Below are positions 27,111 to 40,217 of a stretch of 64,000 bases of DNA, one piece after another (position 1 is the stretch's first letter; every line of letters starts with the position of its first letter). The stretch spans positions 25,296,001 to 25,360,000 of the forward strand of contig CM060731.1 in assembly GCA_030704615.1 (NCBI GenBank), written 5' to 3'. The notes below the pieces were generated by a model that made no database searches, had not been told where the DNA came from, and worked only from the letters and a program-made list of their open reading frames with translations. The stretch is from Takakia lepidozioides. Taxonomy: Eukaryota > Plantae > Bryophyta. The position numbers and the translations under genes are program-made.

Positions 27111-28918
27111 GGTTTCGTTGTACTGCCCCCAATATTTTCTGCCCAAGGTACTGCCCGTTGCTTATATCCGCCTAGTGTGGTACCCTGCTGCGATACCCCT
27201 ACTCGTGTTGATACCCCACCTTGCCTCCATATACCGGTCCAACACTGGTCTGAACCCACAACCATTAGTGAAGTGGTTTATGCCTTTATCAATGGGCTAA
27301 AGATTCATTGTCTTGGCATCCGAATATAGATACTTGGGCTTTGCGTTGCTTGCACTGCAGGTATGGACAAATATTATCATAATATTCAGAGCGTCTTACT
27401 GCACAAATGTGAGGCATGTGGGCCCCGCCACGTGTAAAGAAGGGGTCACCCGCCCTAGGGTATGCCGCTACTTATTAGGGCAGACTTGCCTTATTGAGAG
27501 GGTTTGTTACCTTATCATGCCATAATCCCATAGAATTGGGTTGGGACATTGGGACTTATAATACTTTTGAGAAATTATGGGTTTTTCCATCTTCAAAACT
27601 TTATTGTTTAACTCCATCATTCTCAATACACCATCACATCATCATGCAAGATTCAAACCCTAGGTCGTCCCATATATATGGATTGCACCTATCCACTATG
27701 ATACATATCACTTTCTTCCGATCCACCAAACTTTTATTGCTTTATTCTACATTTGGACCTTGGAGTAGTCTAGGGTTGCGCCTTAGGATAGGTGGCATGA
27801 GGAGGCCATATGGCGGGTCTGCTGGTGGGGCATGAGGAGACCCTCTATGCTCTAAGTTAGACCTTCCTTGAAGACCCATGGGTGGGTGGGGTGGGGTGGG
27901 GTGGGGTGGGGGCTGACCCTCTTCTTTCCGCAGGCCCCACCATGTATGGCCTTGCCATGCATTCAAGAAGCTATTAATCTACTTGGGGAGAGCCTGCCAT
28001 TGAAACACACTCATTATAAAACCTTATTATATTATTTCATTATTATTGTGTTTAAAAGTGGGACATTGGCTCTGAGATTGCATTGAAGAGCAAGGAAAAT
28101 ATAACCACAAGAGCCATGAAGCTGCTACAAACGACGAGTCAGCAGGAGACCATAGAAATAAGCAATGCAACTAGCAATAAAGTACCACAAAACATCTAAG
28201 TTATGAAGGCTTCTACACGTTTCTTTTAAGAATATATGCGTAAAGTTGAAAGCAATACCCCCCCAAGCATAAGTTTTTGCCCTCCGCTAGTAGATCACAG
28301 TAAACACGTTGCCAATTGACCGAATAAGAAATAGGGGAATTACAGTGCCCATACATGAGAATTTGATCAAATAGAGTCTCCATGGATATTAAGTAAATGA
28401 GCAGCAAGACTTGTGGTAGGGACACTACTCCAGTTAGAATATAAGTTACCTCTTTTTGCCTAGACTAACTGAGCGAAAGCATAATAAACAAGCGGCTCCA
28501 CCCTAAAAGTCTAAGTAGAAAATTTCCTGAAAATATTATAAAAAATATTTATTTACTTATAAAGCCTAGGACAGAGGCCCTGGCAGAACTTTATTGAAGT
28601 ATCAATTAAATATTGATGTATGATATTACAGAACTGATCTTCAGATATACAAATTATTAATATATTGAGATGCTTGTTGAAATACTAACTAAAATATTGA
28701 CATACTTATTGAAAAACTAGATGAAATTTTAAAATATTTTCTGAATAAAATGTGGCTAAATTACTGAGATACTCGCTGAGAATCTCGCGGAAAATCTGGA
28801 TGAAATAAATACTTGCTAAAAAACGTGATAGAGATATTGAAATACTGAAATTTTTGATGTACTGAAATATCGTAGGCATTTTAGTCTGCTGAAATGCCTC
28901 TTTGTTTTCAAGTCGGCA

Positions 28919-29590
28919 AGTAATAGAAAAGGCCCGGGAGTTGAATGCGCCCGGCCCGGTAAGCGTACGTGGCCCGCCGCCCACCCGCAGCCGCGCCCCC
29001 CTTAGTCCAGTGTTTTTTTTTTCAAATTTGGAAAAGAACAGGACTGGCTACTGAGTTTTGCAGGAAATAGCCATATTTTCTGCTCATCCACTGAAATTTG
29101 GACAGAATCATCCTCCTCTGTACTTTCATCCATATTAGGCGAATTTATCCAAAAAAAAAAATTTTGAGAATTTTGCCGATTTCATCCATGAGAAAATAGG
29201 GAATTTACGACAGAATATTCGATTTTGATTTTTGAGGTCGAAAAAGTGCGAAATTTCGCCAGAAATAAAAACACTGCCCTAGTCTTGGCGCCTCAGATCC
29301 GCGCGGTCACCGCGAGGACGCCCACGTCTTGGTAGGCCCCACGCAGTCTAGAGTCCCTTTTTCTGTATAACTAACATTAAATTCAAATTGTTTTTAATGT
29401 ACTAGCACGCAGCCCAGTGGTGCGATCGCCCTTATCTGGAAGCGGGTTCTCAGGACCGAACCTCAGCAGTTCTACAGCTGAGTCTTTTGGGCTGCTGCTT
29501 CAAAAAATTCAAAGTCCTGAGTCGATGCCCATCTTCACGTATAGTTATACATGTATGGAAATACATGAGAAATACATGGTCATGCATGTG
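28919..29590 (+). repeat. Copy 1 of a dispersed repeat (copy 2 at ~32880-33260), interrupted by a MITE
   Basis: Near-identical AGTAATAGAAAAGGCC..GGTAAGCGTACGTGGCCCGCCGCCCACCCGCAGCC..CTAGAGTCCCTTTTTCTGTATAACTAACATTAAATTCAAA..AGTCCTGAGTCGATGCCCATCTTCACG at both loci. Confidence 0.9.
29008..29276. mobile_element. hAT-type MITE (269 bp) with CAGTGTTTTT TIRs and 8-bp TSD
   Basis: CAGTGTTTTT...AAAAACACTG ends. Flanks are CCTTAGTC (29000-29007) and CCCTAGTC (29277-29284). The duplicate locus at ~32960 has a single CCCTAGTC (empty site). Confidence 0.9.
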
Positions 29591-30980
29591 GGGTCTCAGG
29601 TTCGGGTATGTCAGATAATACTAGATGATTTTGCAACTTCAAAAAAGTTCCAAGTTTAAATGCTCATCTTGCATAGTCGTACACGAGAAATAAATGGTCA
29701 TGCATGGAAATACATCAGTTGTCTTCAGACAGAAGTCTTGCATGGACACACATCACATCGTATGTCTGTATGTATGTATGACAATGCAACTGATTTCTTA
29801 TGTGTGACTGTGCATGAAAATAATATCAGATGTCATGTATTCCATGTATGACACATGCAATTTTATTTTTCAAGTAAGAAGAATAAGAGGATTCTATTAG
29901 TAGGGATATTAAGATTCATACTCATCGTCTCATTCTTTGTTATATGAACCCACGACCTCATGACTTGTATGCATAGAAATAGAGTTTTAATAATGCATGA
30001 AAATACATGACAACTTTGATGCATTGTCATACATATGCCACAAGAAATGTGCATGAATGAGACATGACATCATGTATGTACGACTATGCTAATAGATATG
30101 ACAATGCTATTGAAAATAAAAAGAATGATATTAGTATAGATATGAAGATTCATAGTCACCATCTCATCCATTGTAAATTGAACCCGTGAGTTCACGATTT
30201 TTATGCATAGAGATAAAGTATTAATACTGCATGGAAATACATGGTTTGAAGTATGATATATTTGTCATACATAATTATAATATATACCATCCAAGACTTG
30301 TGCATGAAGACAACTCATGTATTCATGCCTGACTATACATTTTCTCCTGTATGACTATTTTCGGCGGGAAGGTCGTTGGGAGGCCGTAGAGTTATTTTGT
30401 AGTATGCAAGAGTATTTTCCTTCTGAGTTCAAGCGCAAGAAGAAATTGGTGCCTGTCATGAGAGAAATCCTCAGACACAAACACCCGATGTTTTCGAAGT
30501 GAAGGAACTAGGGCGCAATGCAATTGCGGAGCCAGATGCAACTAACTTCAGCGGAAGCCAAGTACTTGCGAAGCCAACCACCTATTTGCTGATAGTGCGA
30601 TTCCATCAGTTCGCTTGGCTCTAAGGCACAGACGATGACTGAGGTTCAGTACCAAGAGATGGGACAATGGTTGATTGAATCCCGGAATCAGAGCGCCTAC
30701 TTTGCTACTGTGAAAGAGCTGGATAGGGATATTGTTGTGTGTCGGGCGATCGTTGCCGACCAACCGAGCCTCAAAGTTACGTTTCCAGAGCAGTGCCTTG
30801 TCAATATAGATAACTATGATAAGTTGAAAATAACTTTGAAGCATGTAAAGAACGCGTTTAAGGATTAGGCGTATGTGGGATAGTTGTACTGAAGGAGTAC
30901 CTGCCAGATGCTGTTCTAGAATCTTTGGCCAACTTTTTGGCAGTATCTAGTGATGAAAATGTACAAACATAGGCTATGTA

Positions 30981-31196
30981 GGGAAGCATGGAAGCTGGTG
31001 TTGAGAAGATGTTGTGCGTGGAAGCGTGAAAGCTACTATTGAGAGGTTGTTGTACAGGAAGCGTGGTAGCTGGTGTTGAGAAGATGTTGTGTGGGGAACC
31101 GTGAAAATTGTTGTTAAGAGGATGTTGTGCGGAAAAGCGTGGAAGTTTGTTGTTGAGAAGATTTTGACATGCGGGAAGCGTGGAAGCTACTGTTGC
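30981..31196. repeat. ~38-bp tandem repeat (GGAAGCGTGGAAGCTGGTGTTGAGAAGATGTTGTGC), ~5.5 copies
   Basis: Direct repeats visible in the sequence. Confidence 0.85.
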
Positions 31197-32879
31197 TACT
31201 TCAGTGGATGATAAGATCTTTAGATTGGTCTTGAACTTCTATTTTGTAGATATTAACATTGTATGGTAGGTTCAGTCTTTACGTACTTTCACCTCTTATA
31301 GAATTCACTTTAAGGTGATTGTGAACTAAGTATAACATTCATGTTACATATAAGACTCATCATTTACATGTACTTGAAACACAAGGAGAATTGGTGCAGT
31401 TCAATTTATTCATCTTTTGAGCTAGTATTTGTGCTTTCTTGCTGGCCAATATGTTGGTGGTGCTAGTTTACATCTGTTTGACTAGTTTTACAATTATCTT
31501 ACAAATTGAGTTGTATGGCTCTCATAGAGAGAATTCAGAGTGTGAGGGAGAGGGTAAATAAAGAGAGAAGCAGGAGAGATACCTTGATAAGGAGCGGAAG
31601 AGTGTACGAGAAGAGACGTGCACGAGGATCTATATACCCTAGCAAACCCTAAATCCCTCGTGGCCTCCACTTCGTTGAATGGACAGCCGCTCACTTGTTC
31701 TCATGTTTATTTTATCCACTATTGAACTAGGACAGTGGCGCTAATGTAGTATTGAGTTTGAGAACAGTTTCATGATTGTGACGGGGTCTTTACTGTTGTG
31801 ATTTGCAGTTTAGTTCTTATAGATTTTTTAGTATGGAGTGAACTCCTTTTACATTTTGATAACTCAAAAAATAAAATTACTTTCAAAATTTAAAAAATAA
31901 AAGATTAAAAATATTTTATAAAGTTTATATTATTTATTAATCAATGTGAGATTACAACAAAGAAGCGTGTTTTTTTTGGTGTGATCACCAAGATAGAATC
32001 TATGTTTCAAAATCCATTCTAATTTGTTGTTTTTACTTTATTCTTCTTACTTTCAAATAATTTGAAAGAAGGTTCTATATGGACTTTGGTTCCATTTTTA
32101 GTTTTGTATCATAATGTTTTTTTTTTATAAAGTCAATTTGGAATACTAGGCCACATGACAAACTAGTAATTAACAAATTTGACATTGTGCAGAAAAATGT
32201 TGTGAGAAAAGATTGTCCAAGAAATAGTAATATATGCATATAATAAAACATAGGCTATAACAATGTAATGACCTCTAATGACATGGTTTTGCCAAGAGGC
32301 TTATTTATGGATGGGAGCCTTGCACAAACACTTTCCGCAATTTTGAATTTTTGATAGTAGAACACTTGTGCATACTTCCAAGTTTAGAAATGACATTAGA
32401 GAAAATTCGAGCCAAAAAAGGCCTTAAGTTTGGCGCAATTTGCCAATGATTATAGGCATGTGTATGATCTTTGAGACTCGCATCAGTCACATTGTTAATC
32501 ACCATCTTGCTGCAAGTTGAGTATTAGATGGTTCCATTTCAACAACTACTTGCTCATCTTTATGCCCTGTAACTTCATCTCTAACTGGGGCCATTGAAAT
32601 GCTTTTAACTGGAAACTCTTCAACAACGAACAGCTTGCAACATGGAAGGGCATGAAGGCTATCTGATCTCAACCAGAAATGAGTTCGTTTATTTGGTCCA
32701 ATTGTTTGTGATCAGGACCATTGACCTGATCCCCTTCTTGACAATGGAATTGAGTCTGCAGTGGTTGTCTCTCTCAAGACTTTGTCTAGTTTCACACACT
32801 TTCAATGGTGGACACTTGTAGGCATGTGAGGATGCTATATGCGATTGAAAGAGGCTCTATAGACTTTAAAAACTAGGGA

Positions 32880-33260
32880 AGTAATAGAAAAGGCCTGGGA
32901 GTTGAATGCGCCCGAGCCTGGTAAGCGTACGTGGCCCGCCGCCCACCCGCAGCCGCGCCCCCCTAGTCTGGCGATCCGCGTGGTCACCGCGACGACGCCC
33001 ACGTCTTGGTAGGCCCCACACAGTCTAGAGTCCCTTTTTCTGTATAACTAACATTAAATTCAAAATGGTTCTAATGTATCAGCACGCAGCCCAGTGGTGT
33101 GATCGCTCTTACCTGAAAGCGGAGGTCTTAGGATCGAACTTCAACAGTTCTGCAACGGAGGCTTTCTGCGCCGCTACTTCAAAAAAATTCTTAGTCCTGA
33201 GTCGATGCCCATCTTCACGCATAGTTACACATGTATGGAAATACATGAGAAATATAGGGT
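32880..33260 (+). repeat. Copy 2 of the dispersed repeat (uninterrupted)
   Basis: Matches 28919-29590 without the MITE. Confidence 0.9.
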
Positions 33261-33645
33261 TGTGGGCCCGGTCTCAGGTTGACATACTGTCAAATCTCAT
33301 GTATTATGCAAATACATGAGAAATATATGGACATGCATGTTCCCGATAAGCTCCCAATCTTTGTAATTTTGCTACTTAAAAAAAATTGGATCGAACTTCA
33401 ACAATTCTGCAACGGAGGCTTTCTGCGCTGCTACTTCAAAAAAATTCTAAGTCCTGAGTCGATGCCCATCTTCACGCATAGTCACACATGTATGGAAATA
33501 CATGAGAAATATAGGGTTGTGGGCCCGGTCTCAGGTTGACATACTGTCAAATCTCATGTATTATGCAAATACATGAGAAATATAGGACATGCATGTTCCC
33601 GATAAGCTCCCAATCTTTGTAATTTTGCTACTTCAAAAAAATTGG
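33131..33645. repeat. 257-bp near-perfect tandem duplication
   Basis: GGATCGAACTTCAACA starts at 33131 and 33388. The two units are almost identical through ..GCTACTT(C)AAAAAAATTGG. Confidence 0.92.
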
Positions 33646-33688
33646 AAGTCCCTGCGAAAGTAGTTACATGGTGACTAAATTTGGATGA

Positions 33689-34097
33689 CGGCCCCGCTGT
33701 GGATCCCCTCAGTAGGTTGATCCCCCTTCCAGTGCCGGAGTGATCCCCCACCCCCATCTCCAGCCACGTGGCGCTACCCCGAACCGTCGATCCCCTCCCC
33801 ATCCATCCAACCTCAATTAAATGGATGACGGCCGGATGAAGGCCCCATGACGCGCCCATCGCCCACGTGGCGCTCCCGCCGCCGTCGATCCCCTCCTCCC
33901 ATCCACGGCGCGCTCCCCCGAGACGTCGCCGCTCCCCCGACACGCCTTGATCCCCCTTCCGGACCGGGAGTGATCCCCAACCCTAATCGCCCGCCACGTG
34001 CGGCTCCCCCAGACCGTCGATCCCATGCACATCCATCCGACCTCACAAACAATGGATGTTGTGTGCCATCTGCCCGTCATCCCCCCCGCCATCCTCC
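33689..34097 (+). repeat. Left arm of a ~410-bp inverted repeat (the GATCCCC-rich degenerate array continues to ~35060)
   Basis: Reverse complement of 52321-52729 with few mismatches. Confidence 0.92.
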
Positions 34098-35326
34098 CGC
34101 GCAAGGGATGGATGACGGCCGGATGAAGGCCTGATGACACTGACAGGCCAAGTGCCACTCCCCCCCCCCCCCCCGGTTGATCCCCCGTCCAATGCGGTGA
34201 CTGATCCCCCTCCATCCATCGGATGGCACATGGTGCTCCCCCGCGCCGATCCCTCTTCCCATCCACGGCACGGTCCCCCGACATGTCGCCGCTCCCCCCG
34301 ACCTGGCTTGATCCCCACTCCGGACCGGGAGTGATCCCCACCCCTAATCGCCCGCCATGTGCTACTCCCCCGAACCGTCGATCCCCTGCTCATCCATCCA
34401 ACCTCAAAACAATGGATGTTCTGGGTCATCCGCCCCTCATCCCCCCGCCATCCTCCCGCGCAGTGGATGGACGACGGCCGGATGAAGGCCCCATGGCACG
34501 CCCACCGCCACGTGGCACTCCCCCCCGCCGTCGATCCCCTCTCCCATCGGAGCCGCGATCCCCCGGGCCATCGCCGCCCCCCCCCCCCCCCGTTTGATCC
34601 GCCGTCCAATGAAGTCACTGATCCCCTCCAGCCATCGGCCACCACGTGGTGCTCCCCAGAACCGAGGATCCCCTGCGCATCCATCCAACCTCAAAACTGG
34701 GTCATCCGCGGTCCCCCGGCATTCGATCCCGTCCTCCCATCCACGTGGCGATCCCCCGGGCCGCGACCCCCCCGCCTCGGTTGATCCCCCGTCCAAACCC
34801 GGAATTGATCCCCCTCTCGTCTTCTACCACCACATGGTAGTCTCCGTAGCCATCGATCCCCTCGTCCCATCCAAGACCCGATCCCCCGAGCCACCACTCC
34901 CCCCGCCTCTAGTTGATCCCCCCGCGCCGCCATGCCCGCGTGTCTTCCCACCCCCCCGCGCGTCAACGGCGGAACAGGCGATCGTTCCCCCCCCCATGGC
35001 GGTCCCCTCTCCGTTGATCCCCCATCCTTCCGCTCCCCCCCCCCCCGGAGCGATCCCCCTTCCACGTGTGTTTGCACGTGGCTATCATTCTGTTCATCTA
35101 TGTCGTCCTCCCCCATCCAACGGCCATGCACGTCCCCCGCCATTTTGGTCTGTGAGATGAACAGAGTGGATGTATTGAAATTTAGGGTTTCCGGCTGCTC
35201 GCAGATTTGATCCTCTTTGCGCACGTGTATGCTGCACTTGCGCGTGTAGTTTGCTGTTGTGTACTGTTTCTGCTGGACGCGTGTGGTCTGCGGATGTGTA
35301 CTATTCCTGCAGGGGTGCCGGGCATC

Positions 35327-36569
35327 ATGACTGGATCTTCAGAGTTGTGCACGTCATTCCTTCTATCACAACTGCGTGGCACGTTGCAAATCCCCCCGGA
35401 TGGTTCCTTCAACCACAGGTCGCTTATATGGACTCCAACTATTTCAAATGGAGGTGGACATCGTGTATATACGGATGTTGCGGTCATTCCTTGGAGCAGG
35501 ATCGACGATTTTGTGAGAGGGGAGGAACAAAAGGCAGAGGCACCCACTCACTTCAACATAACAGTGCCTAAAAAGGGAAAGCATGAGGAGGGCGAGCTCT
35601 TAGCTCCAAGGGCCAATAGTTGCTCTCTTGTCATAAATTCCGCCTTCACCTTTGTGGTTTCTGGATGGTCTCTATGTGTTCTTTGTAATGGCATGTTGCT
35701 TGTTTGCATTGTTTGCTCTTCGATTTTGTCAAAATGCTATGTTGTCTTGCTCCGAGTATTCCACTCCGCCGACATAGTTCTCATCATTGTTCAGGTTCCA
35801 TTATTCTTATGGACGTGAGGACAAGCGCACAAATGTAATACCTGTCAATAAACATTCTTTGAAGAGAAGGAACGGCAGGAGAGGGTGTGTGCTGGATGCT
35901 TCATCGCCTTCTTACAACAACCACAAAGGGCCGAGACGGAAGAAAGTCGTTCAGGGAGAGTCCATCAAGAGGGGTTGCCTCTGTCAGTTTGGGATTGGAC
36001 GATGCTACCTTGATCCTTCTCTTGATGTCATAACATACTACAACAAAAACCATGTTGATGGATGTGACAAGGTCTGCCATGGCCACATTGACCCGACTTC
36101 AAGTAACACCCGTTTCGCGCACGCACCTCACCTTAGTGAAGAGGTTAAGATGTGGATAATGGATAGCATACGTGCTGGGTTGTCGTCTGCTGAAATCATG
36201 GCCCAACATGAACAACAGGGGGGATCACATAATACTAAAATGAGAACAGAAGGGGTTGTAGGGTTCGGGGTTCACCTCCTGTGATTTCTTGTCATTAATT
36301 TCAGTAAAATGTTTCGCCTATTTTCAAAACAAAAGTACTTACATTGCACATTTTCGTCTTTGTGTGTAGTATGCCATGTTTACTCTTATGGTCTTCGACA
36401 TTTGGCTGAACGGCATCCCTGTTGCATACATAATATCTTCAAGAAACAATGCCAACAATTTGTCAAGTTGGATGTTGGCTCTTCGTCAAAGGCTCCAGGC
36501 CGATCAGCCGGATTGGCGTCCCAACGCATTCATTGTGGACGATGCCGATGTTGAGATTAACGCCATTCG
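35327..36569 (+). pseudogene. MULE/SWIM-family transposase, N-terminal half (degenerate)
   Basis: A.IPWSRIDDFVRGE, SIKRGCLCQF, Y..NHVD...VCHG, APHLSEEVK, FTLMVFD..NGIPVAYIISS, WRPNAFIVDDADVEINAIR. Ends at a GT donor at 36570. Confidence 0.8.
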
Positions 36570-38047
36570 GTTTGTTCTCAATCCCTCCCCCCTACCAAGG
36601 AACTTCCATTGCCTTGTCTGCTTCTGCATGAGGGGAGCACTGAGAGGGGAACAATCACAATGTTTCTTGCCGAGGGATCCGTGTAGAGGGGACCAAGAGT
36701 GTAGGGTTGCATGGGGGATCAGTGAAAAGGGATCGATTATGGGATCAGGGATCAGGGGACCAGGGGAGGGTAGCAGGGGATCAGGAGCAGCAGATCTCAC
36801 ATCCGACAATGATCGAGGGTCCAGGAATCCAAGGTTGCATGGGGGGGTCAGTGAAAGGGGATCAATTATGGGATCAGTGATCAGGGACTTCGAACACTCA
36901 GGGTACCAGGAAATCAAGACCAGCACATGTTTGATCCGACAATGTGATTTTTATCGGCCTTTCATTGGCCATAGGAGGGCTCATGTATTCCCCTTTCATT
37001 GCCTTCACCGGATCTGCATGAGGGGTTTCAGTCAAAGGGGATCAGGGGATCACGAGCAGGGAGCACTTATCAGAGATTCATACTTGTATCTAATCTCTCG
37101 TGACACGAAGGTCACTCAAAAGATGGTTCTGAAGGGCCATGTTACCTTTCACACAGACTTCCAAACCAAGCATCTCCTCTGCGATGGCCTTCATGACAGT
37201 TGCCTGCGATTAAGCTATGCATTGCTAGATTCTGTTAAGCTTTTCACCCTCAAGCTCAATACTGCCACTCCGTTACCATGGCCTTCAACGAAACATTTGC
37301 ATGGCTGATACTACGTCTTTGGGACACGAGCGGCAAGGGAATGGTCTCAACATGCAAGCATCTCTGTGGAGTGACATCTACAGTGCTTCAAATATTCCCA
37401 AAGTTATGGTTAACCAGTTTGTCTTCCCGTGCTTCTTTAAGGCTTCATTCCTCTTTTGTGCGCTATTCTATGATGTCTTACTTTCAAGCTTTCTATGCGC
37501 AAGTGGGGCCCTGCGTGGACTTGGCACCGCAGCATGCTCTACCCCCTCGCACAATGTCAAAGCCTTCACGCGACCTGGAGTGCAGTGGATTCTGGCTGCC
37601 CTATCTGTTGTGCGACACGGCTACACCAAGTGCTACATTCTTACCCTCATTCCCCCCTGCATCTATCACCTATAACTACGCCGCCAATCTTACTCTCCAC
37701 CGCATCCAACATTACAAATCCTATCTGTCTCCCCGTCACTACGCAAAAGCCCCAAAACTCTGGCTCACTCCCACAGTTATTACATTAAACACATCCCAGC
37801 CGCCAAGACGTTACTGCAAACACGCAGAGCGGCTACTCTACCCCCATGAAATAGAACTCCCCAATGCCCGTTCTTCACCTCCATCGCAGCACACTCCTCT
37901 ATGCCTGCCGCAACCCCCCTACGTTGCACCAGCCTCGCCAACTTTGCATGTTAAAATTTCTCCACCCTGTACTGGGTTGGCTCACCCCTGTACTGATCTG
38001 CTTGCCATCCTCTACCCCCCCCCCCCCCCCTCCCACCTATTGTCTGT

Positions 38048-40217
38048 ATGTCCTCTCTCCCACTTCCCGCTCTGGCTCCCAAGGCCCGTTCCAAAGGCCC
38101 AGCAAACAGAAAAAAATCCTTAGAACACAGCTCTGTTTCCTCACTCCCCTACACCAAGTCGATGGACCCGGAGTACCTTCCTACCAAAAATGATACAAAC
38201 CAACCTGCTACAGTGCCCCCTACTGCATCACCTCACCGCTCTTGTTCCTACTCTGCACGACACCAACAGGGAGACGATCAGCACATGACGGACACATTGG
38301 AGGTATTAAATGTTGCTCCTGCTAGCAATCCACACATGCCAGTATCCAGCAATCAACGATCCAAACGCGCGTCAAGTGAAGTCAATAGCGTTGTGGCATC
38401 GGCACCATCCGACTCGAAGAAATCCCGAAATCAACCCAGCAGTACTCTCCAACACGAGCCACAGACTCAAGACGCCGACAACACCAATATCGCTCCACAC
38501 CTCTGGTATGGCTTCCAGAACATGGAGTTATATGCTTTTGAGAATAATGTGCCTATTATTGTAGAGACTCGTTCTAAAGAGCAGCTACTCTCACTGGGGA
38601 TCCCCCCAACGGAATGTGACGAATTAATACAGTGCAAGAAGGCATTTCCAAGGGTTCCCCAACGCCTATACCCTGCCACACGCGCGGATGGAGTTGGTGG
38701 CCAATTCCTGCACCTAACACAGCTGCCAACAAGGACGCTTGTGAACAGTGTTACAGGTCTCCCTGCCAACCCATCTCACGTAACGATACGGTTCGACACC
38801 ACATTTGAGTTGCCCAAAGACTTGGTCCTCACCAGAGCCACTCAGCGCTTCCACGACATGGCAATTCAATTGGGTAGCATCCTCTATGCTCCCATAGCTG
38901 TCTACTCCAAGCCCACTACGCAGATATGGTCTGGCATCATCAAGGTTGAACTCCAACATCCAGAGACTGATGGTTTGGCTCTCCTCCGTGGCGACAGGGC
39001 ATTTGTCCTTGAAATTGAACCAGGTGTGCAAATGCAAGGCAAAGTTGAGAAGTCCTACGACATTTTGTCATCTTCGGATCGCTTATGGCTCTACATCTAT
39101 GACGACATCCTACAAGGCACGGTTGGCTCGCAGCTAGCTATGCACTTCATCACCGAAACATATGACCATGGTGATAACTACGAAATTCTACAGGTATCCA
39201 AACATGATCCAGATACCACTTATGGCTTCATCAACGTTGCCACTGAGCACACACGGACAAGTATCATGGAGAAAGGCGTACGAATTGATCATGTCATCAT
39301 CAAACCTGTGGTTCGGATCAAAAAGCAAAACAAAGCAAGTACCAAACTCTCTGACAAGGACGCCATTGCGGAGCGGGATGCTCTTGCACTAGTCATAAAT
39401 TTTTTGCCAAGGAAACATCACTCAGTCAAATTTCTGCAAGATCAAGCCCATGGAGAAGGTCAAGCATTTGGGTATGCTATATGTTACATGCAGGAACCCC
39501 TCCATCTACACTAAATGGTGTGGCAAACCCCCAGTGGAGCTGCACGGCCGGTTCATCAACTTCGCTCCACACCGAAACAGCTTACAAGGAATTACACCCT
39601 CGGCACCTGAAATTTTGGAAAAACTGCGGGTTACCAACATAAACCAGGCCCTCTGGGACACTGTTGAGTCTATCGCCATCCAACCTGCATCCAAGCACCA
39701 GACACAACAACACACGGACTGGATGTCTGAGATCGACAAAAAGTTGGCCGAGCACTCGATTTCGCTCAAATCGGATCTGCAAAGTAGCATCGTCTCCATG
39801 GAGTCCCGCCTTGCTGAATCAATCATGCACCAACAATTGGAGTACCACAACTATATGCTCTCGCTCCACAAATCCATCTCGGACAACCTGGGTCAGAATT
39901 TGGCTAGCTTCTACCAACACGCAGATCTCATTTTGGCGAAGTTACCCCAACTCCCCAGGCCCAGTCACTCCATCGACAGTGGTCACACACTACACCAAGG
40001 TGCCCTACTCCCCGGGAGCACTTGCCCCCCTGTCCAAATCCTCCAACATGCTGCACCGGTGCTCACTGGAATGCTCAGCTATCAAACACCTGCGCATCAT
40101 GTAACCATTACGGCACTGGACCAGGAACAGGTTGATGAAACAAGCCCTGCCATCACAACCAAAGGACCACCTACGGATGCTACACTCTTTGCTTCCCAGG
40201 ATCGTCTTCATGCTTGA
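38048..40217 (+). CDS. ORF1-like protein of the retrotransposon (frameshifted near 39450); possible degenerate RRMs and a coiled-coil-like C-terminus
   Basis: Two overlapping long ORFs (488 aa and 255 aa) directly upstream of ORF2. GMLYVTC..ELHGRFINF resembles an RRM and WMSEIDKKLAEHSISLKSDLQSSIVSMESRL looks heptad-like. Function is inferred from position. Confidence 0.6.

Noticed and set aside
32873-32920. Minus-strand Helitron 3' end (CTAG|T plus hairpin)
   Set aside because: The hairpin is weak, copy 1 lacks the CTAG, and no Rep/helicase sequence or 5' end was found.
33554-35224. Many overlapping Gly/Pro/Arg-rich ORFs (also 46471-47124 and 51340-53069)
   Set aside because: By-products of GC-rich repeats depleted of stop codons; no domain motifs.
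37278-38123. 281-aa ORF upstream of ORF1
   Set aside because: No recognisable motifs and low complexity. Probably the retroelement's 5' region, but this cannot be supported.
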